Positions 53,382 to 64,000 of a stretch of 64,000 nt of DNA are shown here, piece after piece. Source of the DNA: Bacteroidota bacterium (lineage in GTDB: Bacteria > Bacteroidota > Bacteroidia > Chitinophagales > CAMDFR01); NCBI GenBank assembly GCA_037130135.1, contig JBAXTO010000003.1, positions 36,090 through 100,089 on the forward strand. The letters are read 5' to 3'. Below the pieces are notes generated by a model. That model was not told the origin of the DNA, did no database searches, and was given only the letters and a program-made list of their open reading frames with translations. The position numbers and the translations under genes are program-made. The number at the start of each line of letters is the position of its first letter. The stretch's first letter is position 1.

Positions 53382-54743
53382 CTACTCTTTAACAAATCTA
53401 CCTGTACCTATAAATGTATTATTATTTGGACTATATACCTTTACAAAGTACATGCCTACACTTAATTTATTGATATTTCCTTGATAGCTAATATTAGCCT
53501 CTGTATTATTTTTCAGTGTGAAATTACAATTGACTTGTTTACCCATCATATCATATACAAACAACTTGAAATCTTTTGTTTTTTGATTTTTAGTAGAAAC
53601 TAATTTGATGTCGATGTTGATGATATCAGTACTTGGATTAGGATATATTTTTAAAGAAGCCGACTCATATGCTATAGGGTTTTGAATACCTATGCTTTTA
53701 TCTCGTAAGCGACAAAATATAATACTATCACAACCATATACAGATGGCATAACTATAGTGAATGTGGTGTCTTTACCTGCAAAGATGCGCGACCAAAAAT
53801 AAACGGTTTTAAAAGTATCAGTTGGCAAACCTTCAAAAAATAGATTCGTATGTGTTTCGGCATAGCTAATAGGCTGAATATATTTGCGATAAGGCAAGCC
53901 TGCAACCGTATCAAAATACAAGCCTGCATTTTTACGCCAAGCACCTTCTAAAAATACACTATCATTGAGGCATAGATGGACAGTGTCGATAAGGGAAGTG
54001 TCGATGACAGCTACATCATCAATATAATAAAAGATTTCCCCTGTGGGAGAAGTTAAATCGGCCCCATTATTAAAGCAATCAAAAATTTTGGTATGTGCAT
54101 TATCATCAAAATTACCAATAATAAAATAACGTTCTCCTCCACTAGCTAAATAAGTACCTTCCACTTTTTGCCATCCTAATGTATCACTTAATGCATTTAA
54201 GGTATCATTTCTATATTGAGGAATTAATGGTAACTTATCTGAATTATTATAAAATATACTAGTATCCGAAAAATAAAAACCAATATTAGAAATACAAAAT
54301 CTATAATAATTCCAAAATTCACTTTTACTTATATAATATTGTATACCATATCGTTTCCCTGCAACTAATGTATCTTTTAAAGTACCTTTTGGATATTGTC
54401 TATAACTATGCCCATCATTCCAATTCGCATAGGGACCGAATAGTGCATATGCAATACCTCTATGTGGTATTTGAAACCCAAAAAAGTTAAATGGAATTGT
54501 AGTTCTTTTTTCTATATCATTAAATTGATTGGCACAAATATTCAAATAAAACATAGGTTCAAGATTAGCACTTCTCCAATTATATGCTGCTCCTTCAATA
54601 ATACCATCGTGTAATGATGTACAAAAACTATCCATTTCAAAACCGGGATTGAGTACTAAATTAGCTTGTGCTTGTATTTTAGAATTAATAAAACACAAAA
54701 CACAAATAAAATAAAATAGAAATCTATATTTCTTTTTATTCAT
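53382..54743 (-). CDS. Hypothetical T9SS-secreted protein
   Basis: Signal peptide. Mature N-terminus NLVLNPGFE. T9SS CTD LKIYPNPSTDIINIDI...GMYFVKVY...GRFVKE. Starts 32 nt downstream of the giant gene. Confidence 0.6.
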   Translation of the reverse strand: MNKKKYRFLFYFICVLCFINSKIQAQANLVLNPGFEMDSFCTSLHDGIIEGAAYNWRSANLEPMFYLNICANQFNDIEKRTTIPFNFFGFQIPHRGIAYALFGPYANWNDGHSYRQYPKGTLKDTLVAGKRYGIQYYISKSEFWNYYRFCISNIGFYFSDTSIFYNNSDKLPLIPQYRNDTLNALSDTLGWQKVEGTYLASGGERYFIIGNFDDNAHTKIFDCFNNGADLTSPTGEIFYYIDDVAVIDTSLIDTVHLCLNDSVFLEGAWRKNAGLYFDTVAGLPYRKYIQPISYAETHTNLFFEGLPTDTFKTVYFWSRIFAGKDTTFTIVMPSVYGCDSIIFCRLRDKSIGIQNPIAYESASLKIYPNPSTDIINIDIKLVSTKNQKTKDFKLFVYDMMGKQVNCNFTLKNNTEANISYQGNINKLSVGMYFVKVYSPNNNTFIGTGRFVKE

Positions 54744-54775
54744 TATAACCTATTTAATATTTTAAAATTATATTT

Positions 54776-57700
54776 CTATCTATTAATTACAAACTTATAC
54801 AATACATGCGTATTATCACTACAAATAAAATAAATAAAATATAATCCTTCCGGATATATACTAGTATCGATCTTACCACTATTAGTTATATTAGCACCCT
54901 CACTTTTCTTTACAGTCACTCCTCTAATATCTTGTAAAACAAATCCGATAACATCACTACATTTTTCTTTGTCTTTCTGTTCAATTTTATATTCTATATA
55001 TTGATTAGCTGGATTAGGAAAGATACTTATATTTTCATTCACCACAATATTGGTATAGATTTCCTCATCAGTAGAACTTGGCGCTATTTTATAGTTAACT
55101 CCTGCAATACAAATTTGTTCATCGTCCCAACCCATGGCTTCATAACCTTTTTGTGTATTTATTAATGTACGTGCCAAATAAACCGAGGCACCATAACGTA
55201 TAGGACAATAATTTGCAACCTCCATAAGAGCATTTAATTCTTCATTGGTACAAATAAAAGAAGCTCTTTGTTCTAATTCATTTTGGATACTATAAACTAT
55301 TTTATCTGCTTCTTGTTCAAAGGTAGTCGGTTCTAATGCCTCTATACTTGACTCTACACTAGCATAGTCTTCATTACTCATATTTTCCTTAATGGCATCT
55401 ATGGTTCCAACATAATCATCTTGTTTTATTTCATAATAATTTTTAAGGCTATCATCAAATTCTAATAGTTCAGGTTTGTTTTTTAATACATCATAAATAT
55501 ATTCTTCACTCATCTGTTTATCACCTGTTTCTAATTCACTTGATGAGGCATTGGTTGTATTTATCATCGACATCATTTTAGAGGCATCAGAGCTGGTATC
55601 AATACTTAATAAAGATAAGCCACCAGATCCAATACCACTAGTGGTGCATACTTCTCGCATTGTGAGGATTGTACTCAAATAACTGATACCTATAGGTGAC
55701 AAAGTCGTTGTAGAAGGTGAACTTGGATAAAAATAAGTTGGTATTGTTCTCATTTCATACCATAATATATATGGGCTACTAATATTAATTGAACGAATAA
55801 GCGCTTTTTGATTCATTTTATTATTATGAAAAGTAGTAGGTCCAGATATAGTTCCATCATCAATCACTTGCTGAGTATCTATTTGTGGGGAAGTATTTCC
55901 AAAAATATGATAACTGGTATATCCAAAATTATTACTGTATAATCTGTTTTTCATATTACATGCTCCTTGGAAGAAAAATCCATAAAACACACTATCTATT
56001 GCATTACAAAATACTCTATTGTTTTTTGATGTAACTAATTTGATAGCAGATTTAGCTCTACTAGTTATATCTAATGTTGTTCCCTTAATATAATTATTTC
56101 CAATATTTATATTATTTGCGTTTTGAAGATAAATTCCTATATAACTATTTTTATTATCCTTACTAAAAATACTATCAGAGAGTATGCTATTTTCATAATA
56201 TACAACAGTAGGTGGCCCTCCTAGTGGTAGGCTAGGCATTGTATCTATTGGCTGAGTTAAACTCTGAACATATATACCATACCTTCCATTATAAATTTTA
56301 TTGTCATTGATATTAAATCTAGGATTTATTTTTGAACTTACTGATGTACCTGATATGTTTATACCTGTTTCTAAACTTAGAGGTCTAAGAGTGCTGTTTA
56401 TGTTACTTGTAATAATATTATTAGTTATAATTGCCCATACTTTTTTACAAGCATTTAAATAAATACCTTTATAGGAATAGCTAGTGCCTTCTCCATACCT
56501 TGCATTACTACTACCATAATTAATAATATTATTTCTAATAATACTGCTACTATAATTTGGTTTTACAGTTGTATTGCCTAAATTCTCTCCTAGTACACCA
56601 AAATAACTTTTAGTCATTTTATTATATTCAATAGTATCAAAAACTAATCTGCCGTTTAGATAAACACCTGCATTTTCCATACTATCCATGGTACTGTTTT
56701 GGACATGTAAACCTACCACATAGCTAATACCGCTACTATCGCTGGTAAATTCTATGCCATTACCACGTAGGAATTCAATCATAAAACCTGAGTATTGATA
56801 ATATCTTCGCATATTGAAAAAATCTATATTTTTTACTTGTAGTCCACTATTTATAGAATATATACCAGTATACATATCTTCGATTTTATTTCTAGTATAA
56901 ATGCCATATATACTATCTCCAATTTGAAGATTCATATTATTTCTTACAAATACACCATAGTTCGTTTTTGCTCCCCGATATGGATACCACATTGTGCCGC
57001 TACTATCGGGATATACATTGCCATAGTAGGATGGGGTTTCAAAATGACAAAATAGATTACTATTAATAATTGTACTTGGGTTACTACTTGTAGTATTTGG
57101 ATGTACACTTATACAAACCATATTTCGATTAAAGTTGGTGTTTAAAATATGATATTCGGCATTTTTCATACATATAATTGCTGTGTCTGCATCGTATATC
57201 CTTGATGAAACGGCCAGGCCTTTAGTGTATAATTTACTATATGGTTTGCATACTATACCTTGCCATATACTGGTATCACAGGCTACAATATCAACATTAT
57301 CTAAAAACAATAATTGTGAATCTTGCATAATAATCTTACTGTTTTTTTCCATATAGAATTTGCACGTTCGAAATATTGTATTTGTATCTATAATAAATAA
57401 ACCATTAATTCTAAAATCTTCTCCGACTATTAAAATTGTATCAGCACTTAATCTGGGATATCCTGTAAAAAACAAACTAGAACTGGTATTGCTAATAAGC
57501 CTTTCTGTTCTTAAACAACATTGTTCTATAGTTACAATCAATGTATCTAAACATATACTATCACTCACAATTATTTTTATAATAGCTCTATTACTATCAC
57601 TAAGCATATTAAATCGTATGGTATTATCTAATCCTATAATGCCACTGCTAGGACTTGTATTTACTCCTAACCATGTGTAATTGAAACTTGAGCCTATAAC

Positions 57701-60700
57701 ACGTTTTATAACTATACTATCTGCTCTTAAATCACAGGTAGTATATGGTTGGTAGCTAATAGTTGGTAATTGAATTGGGTTAGTGAGTGCATTAACAGTA
57801 AAACTTGCAGTATCAGCACATCCATAACCATCTATTGCTGTTACAGTATAAGTACCCGCCACAAGACTATCTATAAAAAGTCCTGTATCACCAGTACTCC
57901 ATTGATAATCTACAATACTTAACCCATCTCTTCGCATAGTATCTTTAATACGTATATATCCGTCATGCGAACCATTGCAACTAGCATGTTTTATACTATC
58001 TAAAAAGAAACTAATTATTGGACAAGTATTAGAAGCAGTAGTAGCAACTCTTATATTCTTTATACTATCAACAATAACATCATTACAATAACTAATTCCT
58101 CTGAGCCATAAATTAGGCTTAAAACTCGTTGCTATGCATGAACCAATTGTAAACCTAATTACTATTTCTAACTCACTTCTTGATAAAGAGGGAGTTCCAT
58201 GTAAGGCAGTATCAGCATTGAATTCATAAAAATGATAAATACGTCCACCTATTATTGTTGTTGTAATAAAATTCATCGCTAGTGTGTCGCTAGGTGCTCC
58301 AGGCATCATATAAGCTCTATAAGTAGCTTGTTGCGACAAAACTCTTACACCTAATGGCACATCAATACCTGCTTGTAAATGATCTATCTCCCCTGCATTC
58401 AATATTCTAAATCTACATTCAATGGTATCCACTCCACATTTAGGGATACTAATAGTACTATCTTTTATATAATGCACAATTTGTATAGGTGCTTTTTCTA
58501 AATTAATAGCTAATGTATCACTAAAACAATTCATTCCTTCTATACAGCTATATCCGAATATCAGTTGAATACTATCTGGTGTTATACAGGTATTTACATC
58601 AAAGCATATTTGCAAATCGATATACTGATTTCTTGTTAGATGATTCACATTCGCAATGAGTCCATCAGCACTATCACTTACTATACTTGTAGCATCAACT
58701 CCTGCACTACTAGCCACTTCTGTTATACTCACTATTGAACCTCCTAAATTTGGACTTAGCGCATGTACCCATAAATTTTCTGCAAGTTGTGAAGTAGTAG
58801 CTGTATTGATTAATCTTACTGTAAAACAATTTACATCTGTACTATATACTGCTACCGGACCACTTACTAGTCTTAATTGTAATTTTGGATTTGGATTAGT
58901 TAGCGTATAAAACGGTTTGTTAATTTCTATTGTGTCAGTTATAGTGTCGCTTGGACAATATGTATATAGTAGTTGCGCATAGTTACTATCTGTATTTACT
59001 CGAATAGTACTATCGGGAATACCACATGTAATTGGTTCAAAGTTATACATAATCTCTATATGGGATCTTTCATCACTATGTACAAAACTTGTTGTGCTAT
59101 CTATTGGCAAACTACCCTCTACTACCATACTTATAGCGTTAGGAACATGATAGTTATTAAAACTTCCATAGGAAGTAATACTACCTATAGTAGTGTTTTT
59201 TATTGTTGTATTTACTAATGTATTCCAATTAGTATAAAAACTAGTATTGGTTATATTCTGTAATAAATAATTAGGTGCTAGCATAGATGGTCTTCTATAA
59301 AAATCATTTGTGAATTCCAATGCTAATGGTCTATACTCATAAGTAAATAGATTCACTAAATTTTCATTTATTGCTTCTACTTTAATATTATATTTATTAA
59401 TCAATTTTTTATTACATGTAATACTACTACTAAAATTATCATCTCCTTTGTCTTGCCAAATACAAGTATATTCTCGTTTAAGTCTGAATGCAGTAAGCAT
59501 ATCGCCATGCCCTTCACAATAATATATTAATCCAGGGCTCATATGTGCTTGCCTTGTTGCATACACACTATCTCTGTAAACAGTATTTATTTTACCGGCA
59601 GTGCTTGACGTATCGAATGAATTAAAAGGCATGGTGCTATCTCCACTCCACCATAAATAAGTACTTATATTACATTCCGCTGCATGACCATTGCCACATG
59701 CTTTTAAACGCATATTTATTGTATAATAATCTTGCATTCCAATACTATCTCCTATTGCTCGTATAGGTACTCTATAAAATAAATAATCTGCGCCATGCAC
59801 TAAATAAGGAGCAAGGAGCGTCATACCACTTAAGCCTCCTGGTCTGCTCCAATGTAATGTATCACCCATCACTGTCCAATTAAATTCATCCGTTGCTGCA
59901 CACTCGTTTTTGATAAAAATATACAAATCTGTATACTTAGTTGGATAGTTAATATCTGTTGCGTGTCTGCTTTGCCAATAGTTTTGTAAACTTTGATAAC
60001 TAAATCCTAAACTATCTATCCCATCTGTTCCATAGCCTTCAAAAGACAAACTCATCTCATCTGATGGCATATAATATTTGCCTGCATATCTATTTCTGGT
60101 GATAGCATCAATACTACTATAGGGAGTAGTTCCATCTGCTATTCCATTATTATTTAAATCAGGATATCCTACTGTTTCTCTTCTTACTTTACAATTATCT
60201 GCAATAATACCAGGTGTAATACAACCTGGACAATGTAGTTGAATCATTCTTGTAGTAGAACCTATAGGTATTTTACAATCGACACAGGTACTTGCATGTC
60301 CTCTATTCGGTCTTAAATAAAATCGCACAGTTATAGAAGGAGTTGGTAAGCCATTACAACAAGGAGTAATTGGAATTCGTAAATAAGCACCATTTAAATA
60401 AGTCAATAAATTATGGTATGTATTTATACTTGTATCTGCATGTAATGAATCAACATTGAAATAAGCCGCAGTATTACCTCCCGATAATCCATAACTTGAT
60501 GTAGCTGTAGTGGCATAACGAATGTTACTTCCTGTAAATACACTACCTTCAATATAAATAGGGTGACTAACACTGGTACTAGAGTTTAATCCCATATCTG
60601 TAATTACTTCAATTTCTAATTGACCACTTATTGGTCCACCATGAAAAAGCGCTAATAATGCTTCGTTTCTTGATTCTGCTGCTCCATTACAAAAAGCACC

Positions 60701-62386
60701 TAGAGGAATATCATAATATTGGGTAAGTGTAGTATCACAACTATTATTATGTCCTGTAAGATGTGCAGGACCCAGTATAGAGCCTACATCAATATCTGTG
60801 AGTACTATTCCTTGATTGATACTTGTTTGTAAACGTACATCATCCCCACATTCATCTCTTGCTACAAAATGGTCATCATTATCATCTATCGAATCTAAAT
60901 AGCCATTCACTCCCCATGTATCAAAATATTCAGGATAGGTGAAATTACCAACATATTTATTAGTATCGCTTGGGCAACATCTATAACTATCAAAATGTAT
61001 GATAATACTGTCATTAGGATTTAATACGGGAACTACCCAACTCATATTATAAATTGGAGTATACATATCTGTATCACTTGGCATTAGGTCTTTAAAACTT
61101 TCAATACAAATAGGCATAATACTGTCTGGTCTAGAAGGATTATGTATGTAATATGTAAGTTGGTTTGCATGAATAGTAGTGCCATTATACGATGCATCCA
61201 CCCAAGATTTAGCAACTATTTCACTAGTTCTAACAGTAGATCGCAATATTAAATTCACGTTATAAGCAGTGCTTAATCCTTTGTTTTTAATTATATGTGT
61301 ATGATGTATCAATTGACCTGTACTAGGTATTGAACTAAAACTAGAATTTTGAAAACAGGCCGTATCCCAATTTCCTAAAGATGTATACTGAGTATCTCTA
61401 ATAATAGGTCTTTCAGGTCCTCTATAAATAAAGGCATTCGTGTGTAAATTTTTACATAAGTTAGTATCACATCCATAATTTACAGTTAATAAACTTTGTA
61501 TTCTATTATCAGAACAATTATCAATACACTTTTGTAAACTATCACTTATAATATGAATGACTTCACCTATTTCTATATATTCTCCCTGTGCACTATTTAA
61601 ATGAACGGGAAGAGTAAAAATAGAAGTACTACTTGGTAAGATGGGAGGTGCATAGTAGATACTTGAGATGCTAGTTCTACTCAATAAAATTGGATTAACA
61701 ATTTGTACTTTTATAGAATCTATTTCATACATATCACAACCATTGGTTATTTCATCTATAAATTGAATAGTCCCATCAAAATCAGTTGATAATTTTGAAT
61801 TACTCTCGAGTACTATTGTTATATTGATATATTCACCTACAGTACCAAATGCAGTAAGATGTGAATAGCTGATGGGTACAGCTGGTGATGGAACGATATA
61901 TAAATTTGCATAACCTATAGTATTTACATTATAGATTGTTGACACAAAACTTAGTGAGGGATAAGCAGTATATTTTCTTTTATCTGTTATAGTATCTTTA
62001 AGTATCAAATTTCCTGACGATTCACCATCAATGATTAAACTACATGGAATATAATAGCTATAGTCGAGTACAATACTATCTGAAAAAGCATTGAAAGCAA
62101 TTTTTGTATAACCAAAAGAATCTATTCTAGATAACCAACTACCATAAATTGGTACTACACGAAATCCACTTACTTGATTTGGATAATTCAAAGTTAATGT
62201 ATCAATAAATCCGTCTATATCAATGCTGTCATTCTTTATTATTATCCTATTATGAATCGTATCGCAAGTATGTACACTATTAGTATCGAGTTGAAATACT
62301 TTAACTGTAGGTTTTAATGTACGTGCATGAATTTGTGTAATTGAAATAAAAAGTATGATAATACTTAGTAGGTAGTTATTTTTCAT
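54776..62386 (-). CDS. Giant (2536 aa) T9SS-secreted surface protein with a SprB-type repeat, a right-handed beta-helix-like region and an acidic linker
   Basis: Signal peptide MKNNYLLSIIILFISITQIHA. SprB-type repeat ASCNGSHDGYIRI...YQWSTGDTG...AGTYTVTAIDGYGCADTASFTV (about 57795-57990). Ile/Asn-rich short repeats (NNIINYG, NNIITSN, NDNKIYNG, GNNYIKG) over about 55900-57450. T9SS CTD ISIFPNPANQYIEYKI...GLYFIYF...KFVINR. Confidence 0.7.
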   Translation of the reverse strand: MKNNYLLSIIILFISITQIHARTLKPTVKVFQLDTNSVHTCDTIHNRIIIKNDSIDIDGFIDTLTLNYPNQVSGFRVVPIYGSWLSRIDSFGYTKIAFNAFSDSIVLDYSYYIPCSLIIDGESSGNLILKDTITDKRKYTAYPSLSFVSTIYNVNTIGYANLYIVPSPAVPISYSHLTAFGTVGEYINITIVLESNSKLSTDFDGTIQFIDEITNGCDMYEIDSIKVQIVNPILLSRTSISSIYYAPPILPSSTSIFTLPVHLNSAQGEYIEIGEVIHIISDSLQKCIDNCSDNRIQSLLTVNYGCDTNLCKNLHTNAFIYRGPERPIIRDTQYTSLGNWDTACFQNSSFSSIPSTGQLIHHTHIIKNKGLSTAYNVNLILRSTVRTSEIVAKSWVDASYNGTTIHANQLTYYIHNPSRPDSIMPICIESFKDLMPSDTDMYTPIYNMSWVVPVLNPNDSIIIHFDSYRCCPSDTNKYVGNFTYPEYFDTWGVNGYLDSIDDNDDHFVARDECGDDVRLQTSINQGIVLTDIDVGSILGPAHLTGHNNSCDTTLTQYYDIPLGAFCNGAAESRNEALLALFHGGPISGQLEIEVITDMGLNSSTSVSHPIYIEGSVFTGSNIRYATTATSSYGLSGGNTAAYFNVDSLHADTSINTYHNLLTYLNGAYLRIPITPCCNGLPTPSITVRFYLRPNRGHASTCVDCKIPIGSTTRMIQLHCPGCITPGIIADNCKVRRETVGYPDLNNNGIADGTTPYSSIDAITRNRYAGKYYMPSDEMSLSFEGYGTDGIDSLGFSYQSLQNYWQSRHATDINYPTKYTDLYIFIKNECAATDEFNWTVMGDTLHWSRPGGLSGMTLLAPYLVHGADYLFYRVPIRAIGDSIGMQDYYTINMRLKACGNGHAAECNISTYLWWSGDSTMPFNSFDTSSTAGKINTVYRDSVYATRQAHMSPGLIYYCEGHGDMLTAFRLKREYTCIWQDKGDDNFSSSITCNKKLINKYNIKVEAINENLVNLFTYEYRPLALEFTNDFYRRPSMLAPNYLLQNITNTSFYTNWNTLVNTTIKNTTIGSITSYGSFNNYHVPNAISMVVEGSLPIDSTTSFVHSDERSHIEIMYNFEPITCGIPDSTIRVNTDSNYAQLLYTYCPSDTITDTIEINKPFYTLTNPNPKLQLRLVSGPVAVYSTDVNCFTVRLINTATTSQLAENLWVHALSPNLGGSIVSITEVASSAGVDATSIVSDSADGLIANVNHLTRNQYIDLQICFDVNTCITPDSIQLIFGYSCIEGMNCFSDTLAINLEKAPIQIVHYIKDSTISIPKCGVDTIECRFRILNAGEIDHLQAGIDVPLGVRVLSQQATYRAYMMPGAPSDTLAMNFITTTIIGGRIYHFYEFNADTALHGTPSLSRSELEIVIRFTIGSCIATSFKPNLWLRGISYCNDVIVDSIKNIRVATTASNTCPIISFFLDSIKHASCNGSHDGYIRIKDTMRRDGLSIVDYQWSTGDTGLFIDSLVAGTYTVTAIDGYGCADTASFTVNALTNPIQLPTISYQPYTTCDLRADSIVIKRVIGSSFNYTWLGVNTSPSSGIIGLDNTIRFNMLSDSNRAIIKIIVSDSICLDTLIVTIEQCCLRTERLISNTSSSLFFTGYPRLSADTILIVGEDFRINGLFIIDTNTIFRTCKFYMEKNSKIIMQDSQLLFLDNVDIVACDTSIWQGIVCKPYSKLYTKGLAVSSRIYDADTAIICMKNAEYHILNTNFNRNMVCISVHPNTTSSNPSTIINSNLFCHFETPSYYGNVYPDSSGTMWYPYRGAKTNYGVFVRNNMNLQIGDSIYGIYTRNKIEDMYTGIYSINSGLQVKNIDFFNMRRYYQYSGFMIEFLRGNGIEFTSDSSGISYVVGLHVQNSTMDSMENAGVYLNGRLVFDTIEYNKMTKSYFGVLGENLGNTTVKPNYSSSIIRNNIINYGSSNARYGEGTSYSYKGIYLNACKKVWAIITNNIITSNINSTLRPLSLETGINISGTSVSSKINPRFNINDNKIYNGRYGIYVQSLTQPIDTMPSLPLGGPPTVVYYENSILSDSIFSKDNKNSYIGIYLQNANNINIGNNYIKGTTLDITSRAKSAIKLVTSKNNRVFCNAIDSVFYGFFFQGACNMKNRLYSNNFGYTSYHIFGNTSPQIDTQQVIDDGTISGPTTFHNNKMNQKALIRSINISSPYILWYEMRTIPTYFYPSSPSTTTLSPIGISYLSTILTMREVCTTSGIGSGGLSLLSIDTSSDASKMMSMINTTNASSSELETGDKQMSEEYIYDVLKNKPELLEFDDSLKNYYEIKQDDYVGTIDAIKENMSNEDYASVESSIEALEPTTFEQEADKIVYSIQNELEQRASFICTNEELNALMEVANYCPIRYGASVYLARTLINTQKGYEAMGWDDEQICIAGVNYKIAPSSTDEEIYTNIVVNENISIFPNPANQYIEYKIEQKDKEKCSDVIGFVLQDIRGVTVKKSEGANITNSGKIDTSIYPEGLYFIYFICSDNTHVLYKFVINR

Positions 62387-62486
62387 TAGATATTCATTGG
62401 TGGTGTATAGCTAATATAGATAGAATTAACAATATATCAAAAAAAAATAATATTAAGTTATTGATTCAATACAAAAAAAATACACC

Positions 62487-64000
62487 CTAAAACTTGACCA
62501 CCAGCCGCACATTATACCGCCTATTCGATAAATAATTCGGTACCGCAAATTGTCGGTTTTGGAAATCTTTTATCCATAAATATGATACCGTATTATTGAT
62601 TCCTAATATATTGAAGATATCAAAACTCAACCAGATCGATTTCAAACTTTTGAAAACGGTTTTATTGATATGATGTTTTTTCCATTCTGAATTGTATAAC
62701 TGTCCACTGAATCCCACATCCACTCTCTTATACGAAGGGATACGTATGGTATCTGAATTCTTTCTTCCATCGGGTGGACCAAAAGGTAAACCCGTTGCAA
62801 AGTCCATATTTACATGTACTTTCAACTCAGGTACACGTGGGATATGATCTTGAAAAAATAAATTAAAACTAATTCGTTGATCGGTTGGCAATGGAATCGA
62901 ACCCGGATAAACTATGGCACTATCAACTGCTGCATTAGCATTTGAATACTGTGGATAGGTTTTATTTCCGAGGGTATCAAAATACTCTTTATAATAATCA
63001 TCTAAAATATTCATACGTGCATTCATGATATTCATCGATATCCACGATTGATCTCCTTTGGCTAATTCGCCATTCAATCTGAAATCAATACCATAGGCAT
63101 AACCATTGGCATTATTGGTTCCGAAATATCGTATCAAAGTATTATCTAAATCATAAGGCACAATATCCCATAAATATTTATAGTATAATTCTGTGGTGAA
63201 TTTAAAAGGTCGCTTCCACGCAGTGAATTCATAATCGGTTGTGAATACTGCATGATATGATTTTTGCGATTTTAAATTGGTATTCACTGTTCCATCCAAT
63301 CGACGCATCTCTCTATAAAATGGGGCTTGCTGATATACTCCGGTAGATAATGTAAAAGTCAAATTATCTTTTTTGGTGCGTGGTTTAAATCCTATTTGAA
63401 TCCGCGGACTAACAATCACATCTTTATTCAAGGACCAATACTGCATACGTACACCCGTATTTACCGTCCATTTATTATCGCCATTCCATTTCCATGTATT
63501 TTGTATATGTGCTTCAATACGATCGGAATTGATTTGTATTTGCGATTTTAAATAATAAGGAATATTGATTTGATTGGGATCATAAGGCAATGAATAGCCA
63601 GCCGAATCAAGTCTTTTCCATTCTTTTAATTGATCATCTACTATTTCATGCTTATAGGATATGCCCCAATTAATGGTATTGCTTTTAGAATAATACGAAC
63701 CTAAAAGTCGTGCATTATAAATTTGTATTTGCAATTCATTTCTTCCAAAATTATGCGTCTCGCCTGTACCCAATGCATATTTAATCGTATTGAAATCTTC
63801 TCTATTGATATCGCTTTTCTCTACTTCTCCTATAAAATACGAACTGATTACATCGAAGGCTTCGCGCTCACTCGAGTTATACGCCGCCACCATCAATTTT
63901 AATTTTAGTTTCTCTACTGGTTCGAATGAATACGCTAATCCACCCATGATATTACGATAACGATTGCGTTCTTGTCCGTCGAAACCAACCGTAATACGTA
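62487..64000 (-). CDS. TonB-dependent receptor, C-terminal beta-barrel portion (5' end outside the window)
   Basis: The frame stays open upstream of the track's Met at 63947 to the window edge. It has a beta-strand-rich Tyr/Gly/Asn composition and the terminal ...RYNVRLVVKF with a C-terminal Phe. Confidence 0.7.
   Translation of the reverse strand, partial: RITVGFDGQERNRYRNIMGGLAYSFEPVEKLKLKLMVAAYNSSEREAFDVISSYFIGEVEKSDINREDFNTIKYALGTGETHNFGRNELQIQIYNARLLGSYYSKSNTINWGISYKHEIVDDQLKEWKRLDSAGYSLPYDPNQINIPYYLKSQIQINSDRIEAHIQNTWKWNGDNKWTVNTGVRMQYWSLNKDVIVSPRIQIGFKPRTKKDNLTFTLSTGVYQQAPFYREMRRLDGTVNTNLKSQKSYHAVFTTDYEFTAWKRPFKFTTELYYKYLWDIVPYDLDNTLIRYFGTNNANGYAYGIDFRLNGELAKGDQSWISMNIMNARMNILDDYYKEYFDTLGNKTYPQYSNANAAVDSAIVYPGSIPLPTDQRISFNLFFQDHIPRVPELKVHVNMDFATGLPFGPPDGRKNSDTIRIPSYKRVDVGFSGQLYNSEWKKHHINKTVFKSLKSIWLSFDIFNILGINNTVSYLWIKDFQNRQFAVPNYLSNRRYNVRLVVKF

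Noticed and set aside
62387-62486. Phase-variable promoter upstream of the giant T9SS gene, suggested by A9/A8 tracts
   Set aside because: Homopolymer tracts of this length are common in AT-rich intergenic DNA. I could not place them between clear -33 and -7 elements. This is kept only as a minor note inside the giant-protein finding.

Overview
The window is AT-rich chromosomal DNA, most likely from a Bacteroidota genome (Flavobacteriia/Cytophagia-like). Three things support this. SprA sits directly downstream of ruvA. Five proteins end in type-A T9SS C-terminal sorting domains (xxPNPxxxxxxI...). Many genes and all three tRNAs are preceded by the Bacteroidota -7 promoter box TAnnTTTG, about 17-22 nt before the start codon.

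Most of the content is housekeeping: ruvA, ftcD-like, a 2-oxoacid dehydrogenase E2, era, purL, queE, folD, msrB, miaA, a CCA-adding enzyme, yggS, gap, pgk, and tRNA-fMet/Leu/Glu. Mixed in are secreted or surface proteins: a CotH kinase-like protein, two paralogous lipase-like hydrolases, a 2536-aa beta-helix/SprB-repeat giant protein, and a TonB-dependent receptor. There is also an arsR-DUF6428-arsC-acr3 arsenic operon. No CRISPR array, cas genes, integrase, transposase or classic defence genes were seen.

The most unusual signals are non-coding:
1. At 30.26-31.16 kb there is a perfect 398-bp tandem duplication. It carries five copies, in two alternating variants, of a ~70-nt module that ends in a 13-bp intrinsic-terminator hairpin on the + strand. 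This looks like an array of small RNA genes and ends exactly at the queE stop codon.
2. A dispersed mosaic repeat family is built from 7-nt-period microarrays (AATTCGT, AGTTTAA, TTTTGAG, ATTCTTA) and several GC-rich palindromic hairpins. It occupies many intergenic sites between 30 and 53 kb, including the inside of the ars operon.
3. At the tRNA-Leu locus, two extra promoter-plus-5'-fragment copies of the tRNA flank a small GIY-YIG nuclease gene.
4. A GC-rich intergenic island next to tRNA-Glu has a pseudoknot-capable fold.

Function calls come from motifs I recognised by eye and from gene context. No database search was run.
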